Source: a virus
DNA: 64,000 nt
Virus record (IMG/VR): IMGVR_UViG_3300033128_000043
Coordinates: 15,639 to 79,638 of that record
Direction: 5' to 3' (one strand)
Part shown: positions 1-8,800 of the stretch, in pieces
Numbering within the stretch: position 1 is the first letter of the stretch
Layout of the letters: every line of letters starts with the position of its first letter
Translations under genes and position numbers: made by a program
The notes under the pieces: model-generated
Told to the model about the DNA's origin: nothing
Database searches by the model: none
The model's input: the letters and a program-made list of their open reading frames with translations, nothing else

Positions 1-1
1 A

Positions 2-49
2 GGCGAGTTAGTACAGGTTTTAATTAGACCGCGTGCTAAAGCCATTTAG
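2..49 (+). CDS. 3' end of upstream gene, possibly head decoration protein (partial)
   Basis: Open frame GELVQVLIRPRAKAI* stops at 49, just before the capsid RBS (AGGAGG); function inferred from position only. Confidence 0.4.
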   Translation, partial: GELVQVLIRPRAKAI

Positions 50-60
50 GAGGTAAGTAA

Positions 61-1080
61 ATGCCAACAAACTCACAGCATACGGTAAGCAACGTACATT
101 ATGATCAATATTTAACCAATGTTTCTGTCGGCTATAACGGTGACCAGAAATTCATTGCAGAAGAAGTAATTCCTGTAGTATCTGTTGAAAAACAATCAGA
201 CAAGTACATGGTGTTTGATTACCAGGACCATCTTGTAGAAGACAAGGACATTCGGCGTGCACCTGGATCAGTAGCATCAGAGATGGTTACTGGATTCAGC
301 GATGACTCCTACTTCTGTTCAGGATATGCAAAACGATATGCTCTTTACGATGAGTTAACTGCTAACGCAGACCAAGATCGTATTTTCAGACTAGAAGAAA
401 TGGCAGCACGCCAGGTCAAAGGACAACTCTTGCTTAGCAAAGAAATCAATGCGGCAGCCTTATTGACAAATCCACAGAAGTTTCATGAAGAACTTCGTAT
501 GAATGTTGGAGATAATCCAGGTACTGCGGACATTGTAAAATGGTCTGATTACGAAAACTCTAACCCAATTATGGATGTTACGAAGCTACGGGAGACGCAG
601 CACCGTTTAGGTGGACCAGGTGCGAATACATTGCTTCTTTCTCAGCCAGTGTATAATATTTTGCGCATGCACCCAAAACTGAAATCTACACTTGCTGGAT
701 TCACTTCACCTGAATTTGTATCAGATGAAGCGATTAAGCACCTATTTGGAGTAGACAACTTAATTATCGGCTCAGCTAGAAAAGCCACCAAGAACCAAAG
801 ACGGGCTGGTGAAGGTGGAAAAACAAACTACATCTGGGGGAATAATGCTGTGCTTATGTACCTTCCACCAGCACCTGGTGAAGATGTACCGGCAGCAGCT
901 TATACATTCCAATGGGAGAATGAAGCAGCAAATGTAGTAGGTAACCAGAAAACAAGAACCTACTACTCAGAAGACTCTAAAACAAAGTGGATCGAGAGTG
1001 AAGAATGGTATGACCAGAAAATCACATCTAAGCTATCTGCTGTTGTTTTACCTGATATCGTAAATCCGTTGATTAAATAG
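61..1080 (+). CDS. Major capsid protein (lambda gpE-like, HK97 fold)
   Basis: 339 aa, strong RBS, N-terminal 'YDQYLTNVSVGY' typical of this capsid family, first gene of the head-neck-tail order. Confidence 0.85.
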   Translation: MPTNSQHTVSNVHYDQYLTNVSVGYNGDQKFIAEEVIPVVSVEKQSDKYMVFDYQDHLVEDKDIRRAPGSVASEMVTGFSDDSYFCSGYAKRYALYDELTANADQDRIFRLEEMAARQVKGQLLLSKEINAAALLTNPQKFHEELRMNVGDNPGTADIVKWSDYENSNPIMDVTKLRETQHRLGGPGANTLLLSQPVYNILRMHPKLKSTLAGFTSPEFVSDEAIKHLFGVDNLIIGSARKATKNQRRAGEGGKTNYIWGNNAVLMYLPPAPGEDVPAAAYTFQWENEAANVVGNQKTRTYYSEDSKTKWIESEEWYDQKITSKLSAVVLPDIVNPLIK

Positions 1081-1093
1081 TAGACAACAATAC

Positions 1094-1134
1094 AAAAGGC
1101 AGGAAAAAGGGAGTAGCCCTTCCTGCCTTTTTTT
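1094..1134 (+). terminator. Rho-independent terminator after capsid gene
   Basis: AAAAGGCAGGA...AGGG-AGTAG-CCCT-TCCTGCCTTTTTTT hairpin plus T tract. Confidence 0.8.
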
Positions 1135-1146
1135 AGGAGGAAAACA

Positions 1147-1698
1147 ATGACGAAAAATGAGCTAGTGGATGTATTAGTGGAAAAAGAATTAGGGACTAAA
1201 ACTGAACTAAAGAAAAAGAGTTTGGATGAACTGAAAGAGCTCCACAACGCAATGGAAGAGACAAATGAAAGTGCCGCTGAGTCAGTAGAAGAGGAAACAG
1301 AAGAGCAAATCCCAGAAGAAGTACCCGACTTGGAAAAGATTACTGAGGCTACAAAAGTATCTGGTGAGTATGTGGGACAGTCTCCACTCACTGAAGTAGT
1401 TTCCTCCGTAGAGGAAGTGGAAATTACTGAACCGGACTCAGACATGAAAGAAGTTCATAAAGAAGAGATTCAACTAAGGATTTTCACAGAGTTTGTCTAC
1501 CATGTGAGAAATTTAGGGGCCAGAGTCAAGGTTGAAAATTTAGGTATGGGTGATTTCTACGTTAATAAATCGACTGCGGTGTTTGGAAAAAATGAAGACA
1601 GAGTGATATTTGGTGAAAATAAAGAAATTGATGGTACGGCAACCGTATCCCTTATTTCAGCAAGCCAGCCATTGGTGAGGATTACTGAACTTCTGTAG
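1147..1698 (+). CDS. Hypothetical head-associated protein, Glu-rich N half
   Basis: 183 aa ORF with RBS AGGAGG, between capsid and connector genes. Confidence 0.6.
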   Translation: MTKNELVDVLVEKELGTKTELKKKSLDELKELHNAMEETNESAAESVEEETEEQIPEEVPDLEKITEATKVSGEYVGQSPLTEVVSSVEEVEITEPDSDMKEVHKEEIQLRIFTEFVYHVRNLGARVKVENLGMGDFYVNKSTAVFGKNEDRVIFGENKEIDGTATVSLISASQPLVRITELL

Positions 1699-1709
1699 GA
1701 GGGGTTAGA

Positions 1710-2162
1710 ATGAGCCTCTTAATTGATAAAGAAACAGACATGAAATTTTTCGATTCAGTGCGCAGACTTCTAGGGGGCATTGAAGAAGAAGAGTTAACAA
1801 ATGAATCCATAGAAGATCCGGTATTTATGGACACCTCAGAGATGGAACTGATAAATGATGTCCCTTGTTTACTGTCAGAAGATGTGACGGATGCAGATAA
1901 AGAAAAAGGAAGGCTGGCTTTGATTTATTTAGTGGCTAGTAAACTCTGCCAAACAGTAAAAAGCAAGACAGAGCATGAGGTGAAAACCATCGATGTGAGT
2001 TGGAAGAAGTCACCAGTTAAGTGGGATGTACTGCAAGAAACGTTAGTAAATACCGCGCTGACTTTAATTAACGGAATTTCTTGTTACGAAGCAAAAGAAC
2101 AGACCAACATCTTGACTATAGCCCCTTCTAAAAGAGCGGTGAGCGAACGTGAAAAGTTATAA
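1710..2162 (+). CDS. Putative head-tail adaptor/connector
   Basis: 150 aa, helical, RBS GGAGGGG; synteny after capsid. Confidence 0.55.
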   Translation: MSLLIDKETDMKFFDSVRRLLGGIEEEELTNESIEDPVFMDTSEMELINDVPCLLSEDVTDADKEKGRLALIYLVASKLCQTVKSKTEHEVKTIDVSWKKSPVKWDVLQETLVNTALTLINGISCYEAKEQTNILTIAPSKRAVSEREKL

Positions 2163-2760
2163 ATCCACTATCATTAAAAAGTACGGGACACCTGTACAAG
2201 TGAAACGATTAATTGACCCTGAGGGTGACCCTGAAATAAAAGAAACTAAAGTACTTCTAGGAAGAGGATCAACAACTAGAGGAAATCCAGAAACGCTTGA
2301 GAACATAAAAAGTGGGCAATTTTTACCTAACTTCGGTATTGAAATTGGGGATTTTGTTGAAAACAAACAGCATGATGAAGTATATGTGATCCAATCAAGT
2401 CACAAAGAGTATGATGGGCCGAAAACTCTTTCAGTGGTTACAGTAATGCGGAAATGTAACCACTCCTTCTCTATCCGAAGAAATGTGGAAGAAGCCGATA
2501 GCCGAGGGAATATCAAAATTATCCCTCAGACGCTATATGCTGACACACCGTGTTCGTTGGAACACATTACAGGTGACCTCAGACAGTATGAACCTGGCCT
2601 CAGTCCAGACGCTAAATATCGGCTATACACCACTAAAATCGATGTAGAAAGTACTGATCAGATCAATGTAAGTGGGATGTCCTTAAAAGTAGTGGATGTG
2701 GATTACACCACTTACCCAAAATTGGCAGTTATTCAGCTATCTAGTGATATAAGGGATTGA
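2149..2760 (+). CDS. Putative head closure (stopper) protein
   Basis: 203 aa, beta-rich, two similar halves; synteny. Confidence 0.5.
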   Translation: MKSYKSTIIKKYGTPVQVKRLIDPEGDPEIKETKVLLGRGSTTRGNPETLENIKSGQFLPNFGIEIGDFVENKQHDEVYVIQSSHKEYDGPKTLSVVTVMRKCNHSFSIRRNVEEADSRGNIKIIPQTLYADTPCSLEHITGDLRQYEPGLSPDAKYRLYTTKIDVESTDQINVSGMSLKVVDVDYTTYPKLAVIQLSSDIRD

Positions 2761-2764
2761 TCTT

Positions 2765-3382
2765 ATGGGAAGGCATGTAAAGTTTAATCAAGATGCGTAT
2801 ATAAATGCCCTACTATTGGAGATCGAAAAAGCATTGGAGAAAGTTGAGCAAGAAGTTTTTAGGTCGATTGTGAACAATTTTGGGGCGTTGAAATTCAGGA
2901 CTCTTGATGCAAAATTTGTGGGGCAGATGAGAAAATCGATTAGATCGGCAACAAAACGCGCAGGAAACAAGCTTATATCTTCCATGATAGCTGGACATGA
3001 GAATGAACCGAATGAATCCTTTAGAGTCATCTATTACGAATACGGAACCGGCGAAAGAATGAATCCTCCGAAAGAGTATAGTCCTGCAAATGATGGTACA
3101 TGGAATAGAGCGCGTCCTCAGAGAAAAGGCGAACCAATATGGGTAAGGCCATACGGACCTTGGAAAGATGCAGGGGGGAATATCCATTTCTCTAGGTATA
3201 AAGGGATTCCCAGAAGGATGTCACCAAGGTCACCAAAGGCTACACCTATCGAGGCAAATTACTGGTTTCGTAGGGGTTTTTGGGAGGGCGCACGTAACAT
3301 AGATCGGTATGTACTAAATGCCGTTAAACAAGTCAATGTCGGGACTTATATTGAAATCGCAAGTATCCGTACAAGGATGTGA
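2765..3382 (+). CDS. Putative tail completion/neck protein (HK97 gp10-like position)
   Basis: 205 aa, basic, 'YYEYGTG' motif common to this class, ends 'WFRRGF'. Confidence 0.6.
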   Translation: MGRHVKFNQDAYINALLLEIEKALEKVEQEVFRSIVNNFGALKFRTLDAKFVGQMRKSIRSATKRAGNKLISSMIAGHENEPNESFRVIYYEYGTGERMNPPKEYSPANDGTWNRARPQRKGEPIWVRPYGPWKDAGGNIHFSRYKGIPRRMSPRSPKATPIEANYWFRRGFWEGARNIDRYVLNAVKQVNVGTYIEIASIRTRM

Positions 3383-3387
3383 TCATA

Positions 3388-3855
3388 ATGAAATCGCTTT
3401 GTTTAGCAGACGTTTATGCGTCAATCCATAAAGCGATTAGGGAAGATCAAAAAATCAGACAGTTGATGGGGTTCAGTGACGACACGAAGCAGGTGGAAGT
3501 GGCAAAAAGGATACAGAAGCGTAAGCAGCCTTCCAGTTTACTTAAAGGCAGCAAGGAGCAACAGAACCTGCCGGTCATTTCTTTCTACAAGTTACCTGGC
3601 AGGAGAGGTATACAGAACGATTTTGAGTATGAGACAGCTTTCGATTTTGATGTCTATACTCTCGATGATGTAGAGACAGCAATTGATATTGCCGACCGGA
3701 TAACAGAGTTATTCGACTCAAGATACCTAGACCTCCCAAAGGGCTCTAACTTTAAAGCACGCTACGTCACTTCCGCCGAAGACGATTCTGATTTAACCAA
3801 TGTGTACAAATACTTTGTACAGATTGAGTTCTCATTTGGTATTGAGGAGGGATAA
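3388..3855 (+). CDS. Putative tail terminator protein
   Basis: 'FDFDVYT...AIDIADRITELF' pattern, immediately before tail tube gene; ATG 3388 preferred over GTG 3379 from RBS spacing. Confidence 0.6.
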   Translation: MKSLCLADVYASIHKAIREDQKIRQLMGFSDDTKQVEVAKRIQKRKQPSSLLKGSKEQQNLPVISFYKLPGRRGIQNDFEYETAFDFDVYTLDDVETAIDIADRITELFDSRYLDLPKGSNFKARYVTSAEDDSDLTNVYKYFVQIEFSFGIEEG

Positions 3856-3856
3856 G

Positions 3857-4942
3857 ATGGACAAGTTCAAAACAAAAAACAGAAAGATGATCATTAAGGG
3901 TTCTGGGAAAATGATGGTCAAAATCCCGCACTGTGATGAGCTATTCACATTAGGACACATGATGAACATGCGACTTGATATTCAAATAGACATGCAGGAT
4001 ATCGAGGGAGGAGACACAGCAGTACCAATTGACACTCTTTTGCGTAAAAAAGTCATTGATGTCACAGGAGAAGATGCAAAATTTGATCTAAACATGCTGA
4101 GGTTAGCGCTAGGGTCAAAACTGAAAGAAGGTGCTTCGGGTGTACCTTACGAAATGCGCAATGAATCAATTGCTGCTCCTGCACCAGACCAAGATGGTAA
4201 TACAGAAATTAATGTGAGCAATAACATCTTAACTGGTGGGACAGCGCCTAAAATTCAAGTACTTAACAGCTCTAGCGGCGTAATGCTTCAAGACGATGCT
4301 TTTACAGTAAGTGGCCGGAAGATTACTATTACTTCAGGCGTAAATGAAGGGGATTCAGTAGTGGTGTATTATCCTGTTGCGTCATCTTCAATTGATCCTG
4401 ATGGCTTCTTATGGGTCCTTGAAGAGAAGCACGACATCAACGGAAATCAAATTCAATTGAAAAACCAGTTGTTTGGTGGATCTTTAGGAAACACTACAGG
4501 AAAAACAGAGCATGTCTCTGTAAGGCTGGTTAAAGAAAACAAGTTACTGAAAAAGGTAACTGGAAACCCAAAAGAAGGGGAGTACAGCATTGACCCAGAT
4601 TCAGCACAAATCACCTTTAACAAGTACCTGGATGGTGAGCAAGTTTACGTTAACTACAAAAGACCGGAAGTTGTTGATGTACTCGATCTCGGTAGCAAAG
4701 ACTTCCCACTCACAGTACATGTCGTCCATGATGGACACTTTGAGCAAAAGGATGGCACAGTACAAGGAGTACAGATCGAACTCTTCCAATGTCGCGTAAA
4801 ATCAAACGTTACTTTAGATGCTGCCAGACAAACAGCAGCCACCCACAGTGTAACACTCACAGTCTTGGATCCTGAACGATCTGACAACAGATTAGGCACG
4901 ATTAAACGTTATGGAATGGAAGGCGCAGCTGTAGACTGTTAG
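3857..4942 (+). CDS. Major tail tube protein with internal beta-rich insertion
   Basis: Start moved to ATG 3857 (RBS GAGGAGG); tube-like N and C termini; followed by chaperone and tape measure genes. Confidence 0.75.
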   Translation: MDKFKTKNRKMIIKGSGKMMVKIPHCDELFTLGHMMNMRLDIQIDMQDIEGGDTAVPIDTLLRKKVIDVTGEDAKFDLNMLRLALGSKLKEGASGVPYEMRNESIAAPAPDQDGNTEINVSNNILTGGTAPKIQVLNSSSGVMLQDDAFTVSGRKITITSGVNEGDSVVVYYPVASSSIDPDGFLWVLEEKHDINGNQIQLKNQLFGGSLGNTTGKTEHVSVRLVKENKLLKKVTGNPKEGEYSIDPDSAQITFNKYLDGEQVYVNYKRPEVVDVLDLGSKDFPLTVHVVHDGHFEQKDGTVQGVQIELFQCRVKSNVTLDAARQTAATHSVTLTVLDPERSDNRLGTIKRYGMEGAAVDC

Positions 4943-4946
4943 CACC

Positions 4947-4974
4947 GAAACCCCTTTAAGGGGTTTCTTTTTTT
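4947..4974 (+). terminator. Rho-independent terminator
   Basis: GAAACCCC-TTTAA-GGGGTTTC followed by T run. Confidence 0.8.
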
Positions 4975-4976
4975 AT

Positions 4977-5005
4977 GATAGAGATTAAAAGACTCTACCT
5001 ATACT
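4977..5005 (+). promoter_or_regulatory. Candidate late promoter, GATA-N19-TATACT
   Basis: Same motif and spacing recur at 23721, 33829 and 62805(-). Confidence 0.45.
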
Positions 5006-5054
5006 GAAATTAGATTTAAATAAATCTCATTACATTTTAAGGGGGACAATAACA

Positions 5055-5495
5055 GTGACTAGAGACTTAGAGATACCTACAAATACAGAAATTAAAGAAG
5101 ATGAAGAAGCTATTGAAAAGGTGCAGGCACCTGATGAACAACCGCTGACAAAAGAGGAGTCTGAGGAACAGCTCAGAGTGTTTTTTGAGGAAGATGAAAC
5201 AATTAACTTGCGTGATGGGAAACAGTATAAAATCCCTCCATTAGGACTTAAAGATGCTCACAGCTTGATGAGCAAATTAAATACAATCGATACCGCAGTT
5301 ATTTTAGGAAACATGATTAAAAATGAGGCAGGAGAAGACACATATGATGAACTGTTAGAGACGCTTCACATGGCATTTAAGCCCTACTATCCTGAGATTA
5401 CAGTGCAGCACTTAGAAAGATTTGTGGACATAGACACTGCCAAAAAAATCATTGATATTATGCTGGGGCTAAATGGCTTAAAAAAGTCACTATAA
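5055..5495 (+). CDS. Tail assembly chaperone (gpG-like)
   Basis: 146 aa between tube and tape measure genes; ends TTA AAA AAG TCA CTA TAA. Confidence 0.8.
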   Translation: MTRDLEIPTNTEIKEDEEAIEKVQAPDEQPLTKEESEEQLRVFFEEDETINLRDGKQYKIPPLGLKDAHSLMSKLNTIDTAVILGNMIKNEAGEDTYDELLETLHMAFKPYYPEITVQHLERFVDIDTAKKIIDIMLGLNGLKKSL

Positions 5496-5815
5496 ATAAC
5501 AAAAAGGAGGAAGAGGACTATGACAACAGTGCTGAAGTTGATTGGGCGCAAATATTTTTTGATCTAGCTCATTATTGTAATTTGCGTAAGGAGCATGTGT
5601 GGGAATTAACTCTTCCTCAACTAACCCTATACTTGAAGAAGTGCAGAAAGCAAAGAGAGTTTACTATTAAAGTACACAGTGCTGCGTATAGTGGGCTTTT
5701 CGGCGGAGCGGGAGAAGTAGAGAGCAATAGTAGCACAGATGCGGAAACTGGTGACGGAGAGTATGAAGAGTTAGACGAAGAAGGACTTGATTTTTTAGCA
5801 CAAGTGCTGGGGTAG
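5055..5815 (+). CDS. Tail assembly chaperone gpGT-like frameshift product
   Basis: ...GLKK|VTINNKKEEEDYDNSAEVDWAQIFFDLAHYCNLRKEHVWELTLPQ...; 'WELTLPQL' resembles gpT segments. Confidence 0.75.
5480..5486 (+). other. -1 programmed frameshift slippery heptamer A AAA AAG
   Basis: The -1 frame is open from 5480 to 5815 and joins the track ORF 5582-5815. Confidence 0.8.
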
Positions 5816-5824
5816 GTGATATAG

Positions 5825-8800
5825 GTGTCTGAAGAAGGAAAAGGAATTGGACTGTCGGCGGAAATATTATTGGGGTTTGAGCAGTCCATAAAGAATATCC
5901 AAGCCTTTGGATCGGCAATGGAGGGCTTGGATCATAAGTTTGGTTCGCTTGAACAAAGAATTAATTCGGCTAAAACCTCTTTATTGGGGTTGCAAACACA
6001 AACGGCCGGAAATAATGGACGAAATTTAAGAGAATCTATCCAGCAGGAGATAGATGCTGCGTTAAAAGTGAACGGAATAGCAATGAGTATGGTTGGAAAT
6101 GCCCCGTTAGAAGTGAAAAAAGATACAGTGAGACACCTGTTTGCGCGAATTGATGCCGAGCTGAATAGGGCCATTTTAAAGCAAGTAGGGAACATTAATA
6201 TCCAACTAGACCCTAACTACAATACAGGGACTATTCCTATAGGCAAGGATGAGTTCAACGCACTGAACAAAGAAATTGCTAGGCTTGTAAAGCTACAAAC
6301 GAAGAATTTAACTGATTCAATTAAAGGTGTCAGTGGATCAGTAAGTCCTGAAAATTTATCAGGACTGGATTTAGACATATCAAAGGACACAGTTAAGCAT
6401 ATACTGTCCGATATTCGAAAGCAGTTAAATCCTATCATCCTTAACCCTTCTGTAGATACAGAGGGTCTTTCTCTTAAATTTACATCAAAAGAATTTGAAC
6501 CATTAATAAAGCAAATCAAAAACAGAATTAGAGAAGCCGTGCACGTGGATGTAGGTAAGTTGCCTGCTGGTGAGAACAAGGTAAGTACTGAACTCAAAAC
6601 AACGACTAAAAAGATCGATTCATTGATTGAAGGATACGCTAAAAACATAAGGTTAGGGATGAATACAATTGATCCGAGGACTGTTGAAGTCCCGATGAAA
6701 TCTTTATCCAAACGCTTGCAAAGGCATATAGCTGATAGTTTAAACACTAACCCACAAGAACTGACTAAAACTTTAAAAACAATAGATACGGGATCTGCTA
6801 AAGCATACGAGCTTCAACGACAGTTTTCCTCTCTTGAGCGGACTATTAACAACAAGGTAACAGCGGGCATTTCTGGGACCATGAAAAGCCTAAGACAATC
6901 GGTTCGTGAGTTTGAGATGCACCCTAATTCAAGCGTTAAACATTATCTAATCCAAGAATTAGGTAAATTAAATAACGACATCATTAAGAAAATTAGGGAA
7001 TCTGTTGACATGCAGTTTAGCTCATTAAGGGGAGAAATTAACGCAGCACAAACGAATGCCAAGGCATTAAACCGCAACGGTAAACTAAAAGGTTCAGCAT
7101 CCTACGGAGCAGGTGGCGGTAATGTCTATAACAACACAGTCATAAACAACAACGCTCAAAGGAAAGATAGTGCTGGAATTGCAGGTAACGACCCCTATTC
7201 TAGAAGAGATAATTACTTTAATGGGCATGGAATTGAAGGTGCTGTAACTAATACCGTGAGACATGTAGTAGCTGGATCGATGGTCGGGGTACCATTAATG
7301 CAGGTGTATGAAGCGGTTGAGCAATTTAAAGCCTCCCAATTAGAGCAGTTAAAGATCATGCAGAACTATGCGCTTAAGCCGGAGTACAAAGATGAAAACA
7401 ATAGGACAGATTGGAGCAAGGTGAATAGTGACATCAATAAGATGACACCAGATTTACACAAGATGTCCAATCTGTATGCAGTCAGTTATGGTGAAATGAA
7501 TCAGGTGGCAGCAGTAGCTTCACGTCTTACAGAAGATAAAGCCTCTGCGATGCATTTCACTGACCAGGCATCCAAAATATACCGTTTAGATAACGAGTCA
7601 AATCTAGTGGAGGTTATCGCACCAGGACTAGAGGCAATCATGGCTCAGTTTAAATTATCGGTATGGGAATTGGATGGGGTTGTTAATGCTTTTGGAGTTG
7701 CTACACAGTTAACAAAGTCAACCTCAGATGAAGTTATGAAAGCTTTGACTAGATCAGGATCTGCACTACATTCCGCAAAGGTAAGTGCACCGGATGCAGT
7801 TGCATTGAACGCTCTGGCCATTCAAACTTCTGGCCAATCTGGGGAGAATATCGGTAACGCGATGAAGACAATTGCAGCTAGGGTTACACTCCCTTCTGTC
7901 ACCAATAAACTTGAATCCTATGGGATTAAAGTATTTGAAGAAAATGATATGGGGTTGAAGGTTCGCCGTGGACTAGTTGATATCTTAGCTGATACTTCCC
8001 GTGTAGCTAAAAGTAAGTACATGGGTGAAGATGAAATTCAATCCATTCTTTATGGCGAAGGTGGAGGGTACCAATACCCTAAACTGATGTCATTTTTAGA
8101 CGGCATGAATAAGGCTGGAATCGATTCAAGCGGTGGGGGCTTATCCTACTGGAGAATTAAACAAGAAGTAGATGAGTGGCAAAAGGATCCGAGCAGGCTT
8201 CAAGAGATGTTAGCAACCACTATGAACGCCCCTACAATTACTTTAGAGCGTGCAGGAGTATCAGTTCAAAACAGCCTAGTTTCTGTTTTAGAGGAATTAA
8301 ATCCTGAACTACAGAACCTTGCCAAGATCATCACAAACCTTGCACAAGGTATTGAAAACAACTCTGAACTGTTTGCACAGTTAACAGGGATTTTAGCCAA
8401 TGCTTTGATCGGATTCGGCGCACTTTATGGCGTTAAAAAAGTTGGGAAAGCCAGCAAATATGATGAACATTATGCCAATGCTCAAATGGCTCAGAGGTAT
8501 TTTGGAGGAAATACACTGACCGGAAGGCAAGTGTATGGAGGTAGGGACTTTTTAAATAACCATGTTCTTGGTGATAGCCGAGAGCTACGGGGAAAGCTAG
8601 GAGATCAGAAGTTTTACAATGCTGCAATGAAAAATAACACATTGAAGGGCTATTTTACGGAACTATCTAATTTAGACAATGACCGTAGGAGAGAAATCAG
8701 GCAGTACATCTCAGACAGGAATGGGAAAGTGAATAATTTACCTGATCTGTTTAGTGTAATGGATGAATCGAGGGGATATCGAAGAGAGAAGGGTCAGGGC

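Noticed and set aside
963-1445. 160-aa minus-strand ORF and the many other antisense ORFs in the structural region (e.g. 6217-6747, 32279-33088)
   Set aside because: They are shadows of well-supported + strand genes, Ser/Phe-rich, with no RBS or motifs
3800-3856. Track's upstream starts for 3800, 17605, 22049, 32001 and 41140
   Set aside because: They overlap neighbouring genes or the IR; better RBS-supported starts lie at 3857, 17665, 22061, 32061 and 41116
3388-5055. Contractile tail or tailocin
   Set aside because: No sheath or baseplate wedge genes; the long tape measure and G/GT chaperones fit a siphophage
5582-5815. Independent 77-aa gene
   Set aside because: TTG start without an RBS; better explained as the -1 frameshift extension of the chaperone
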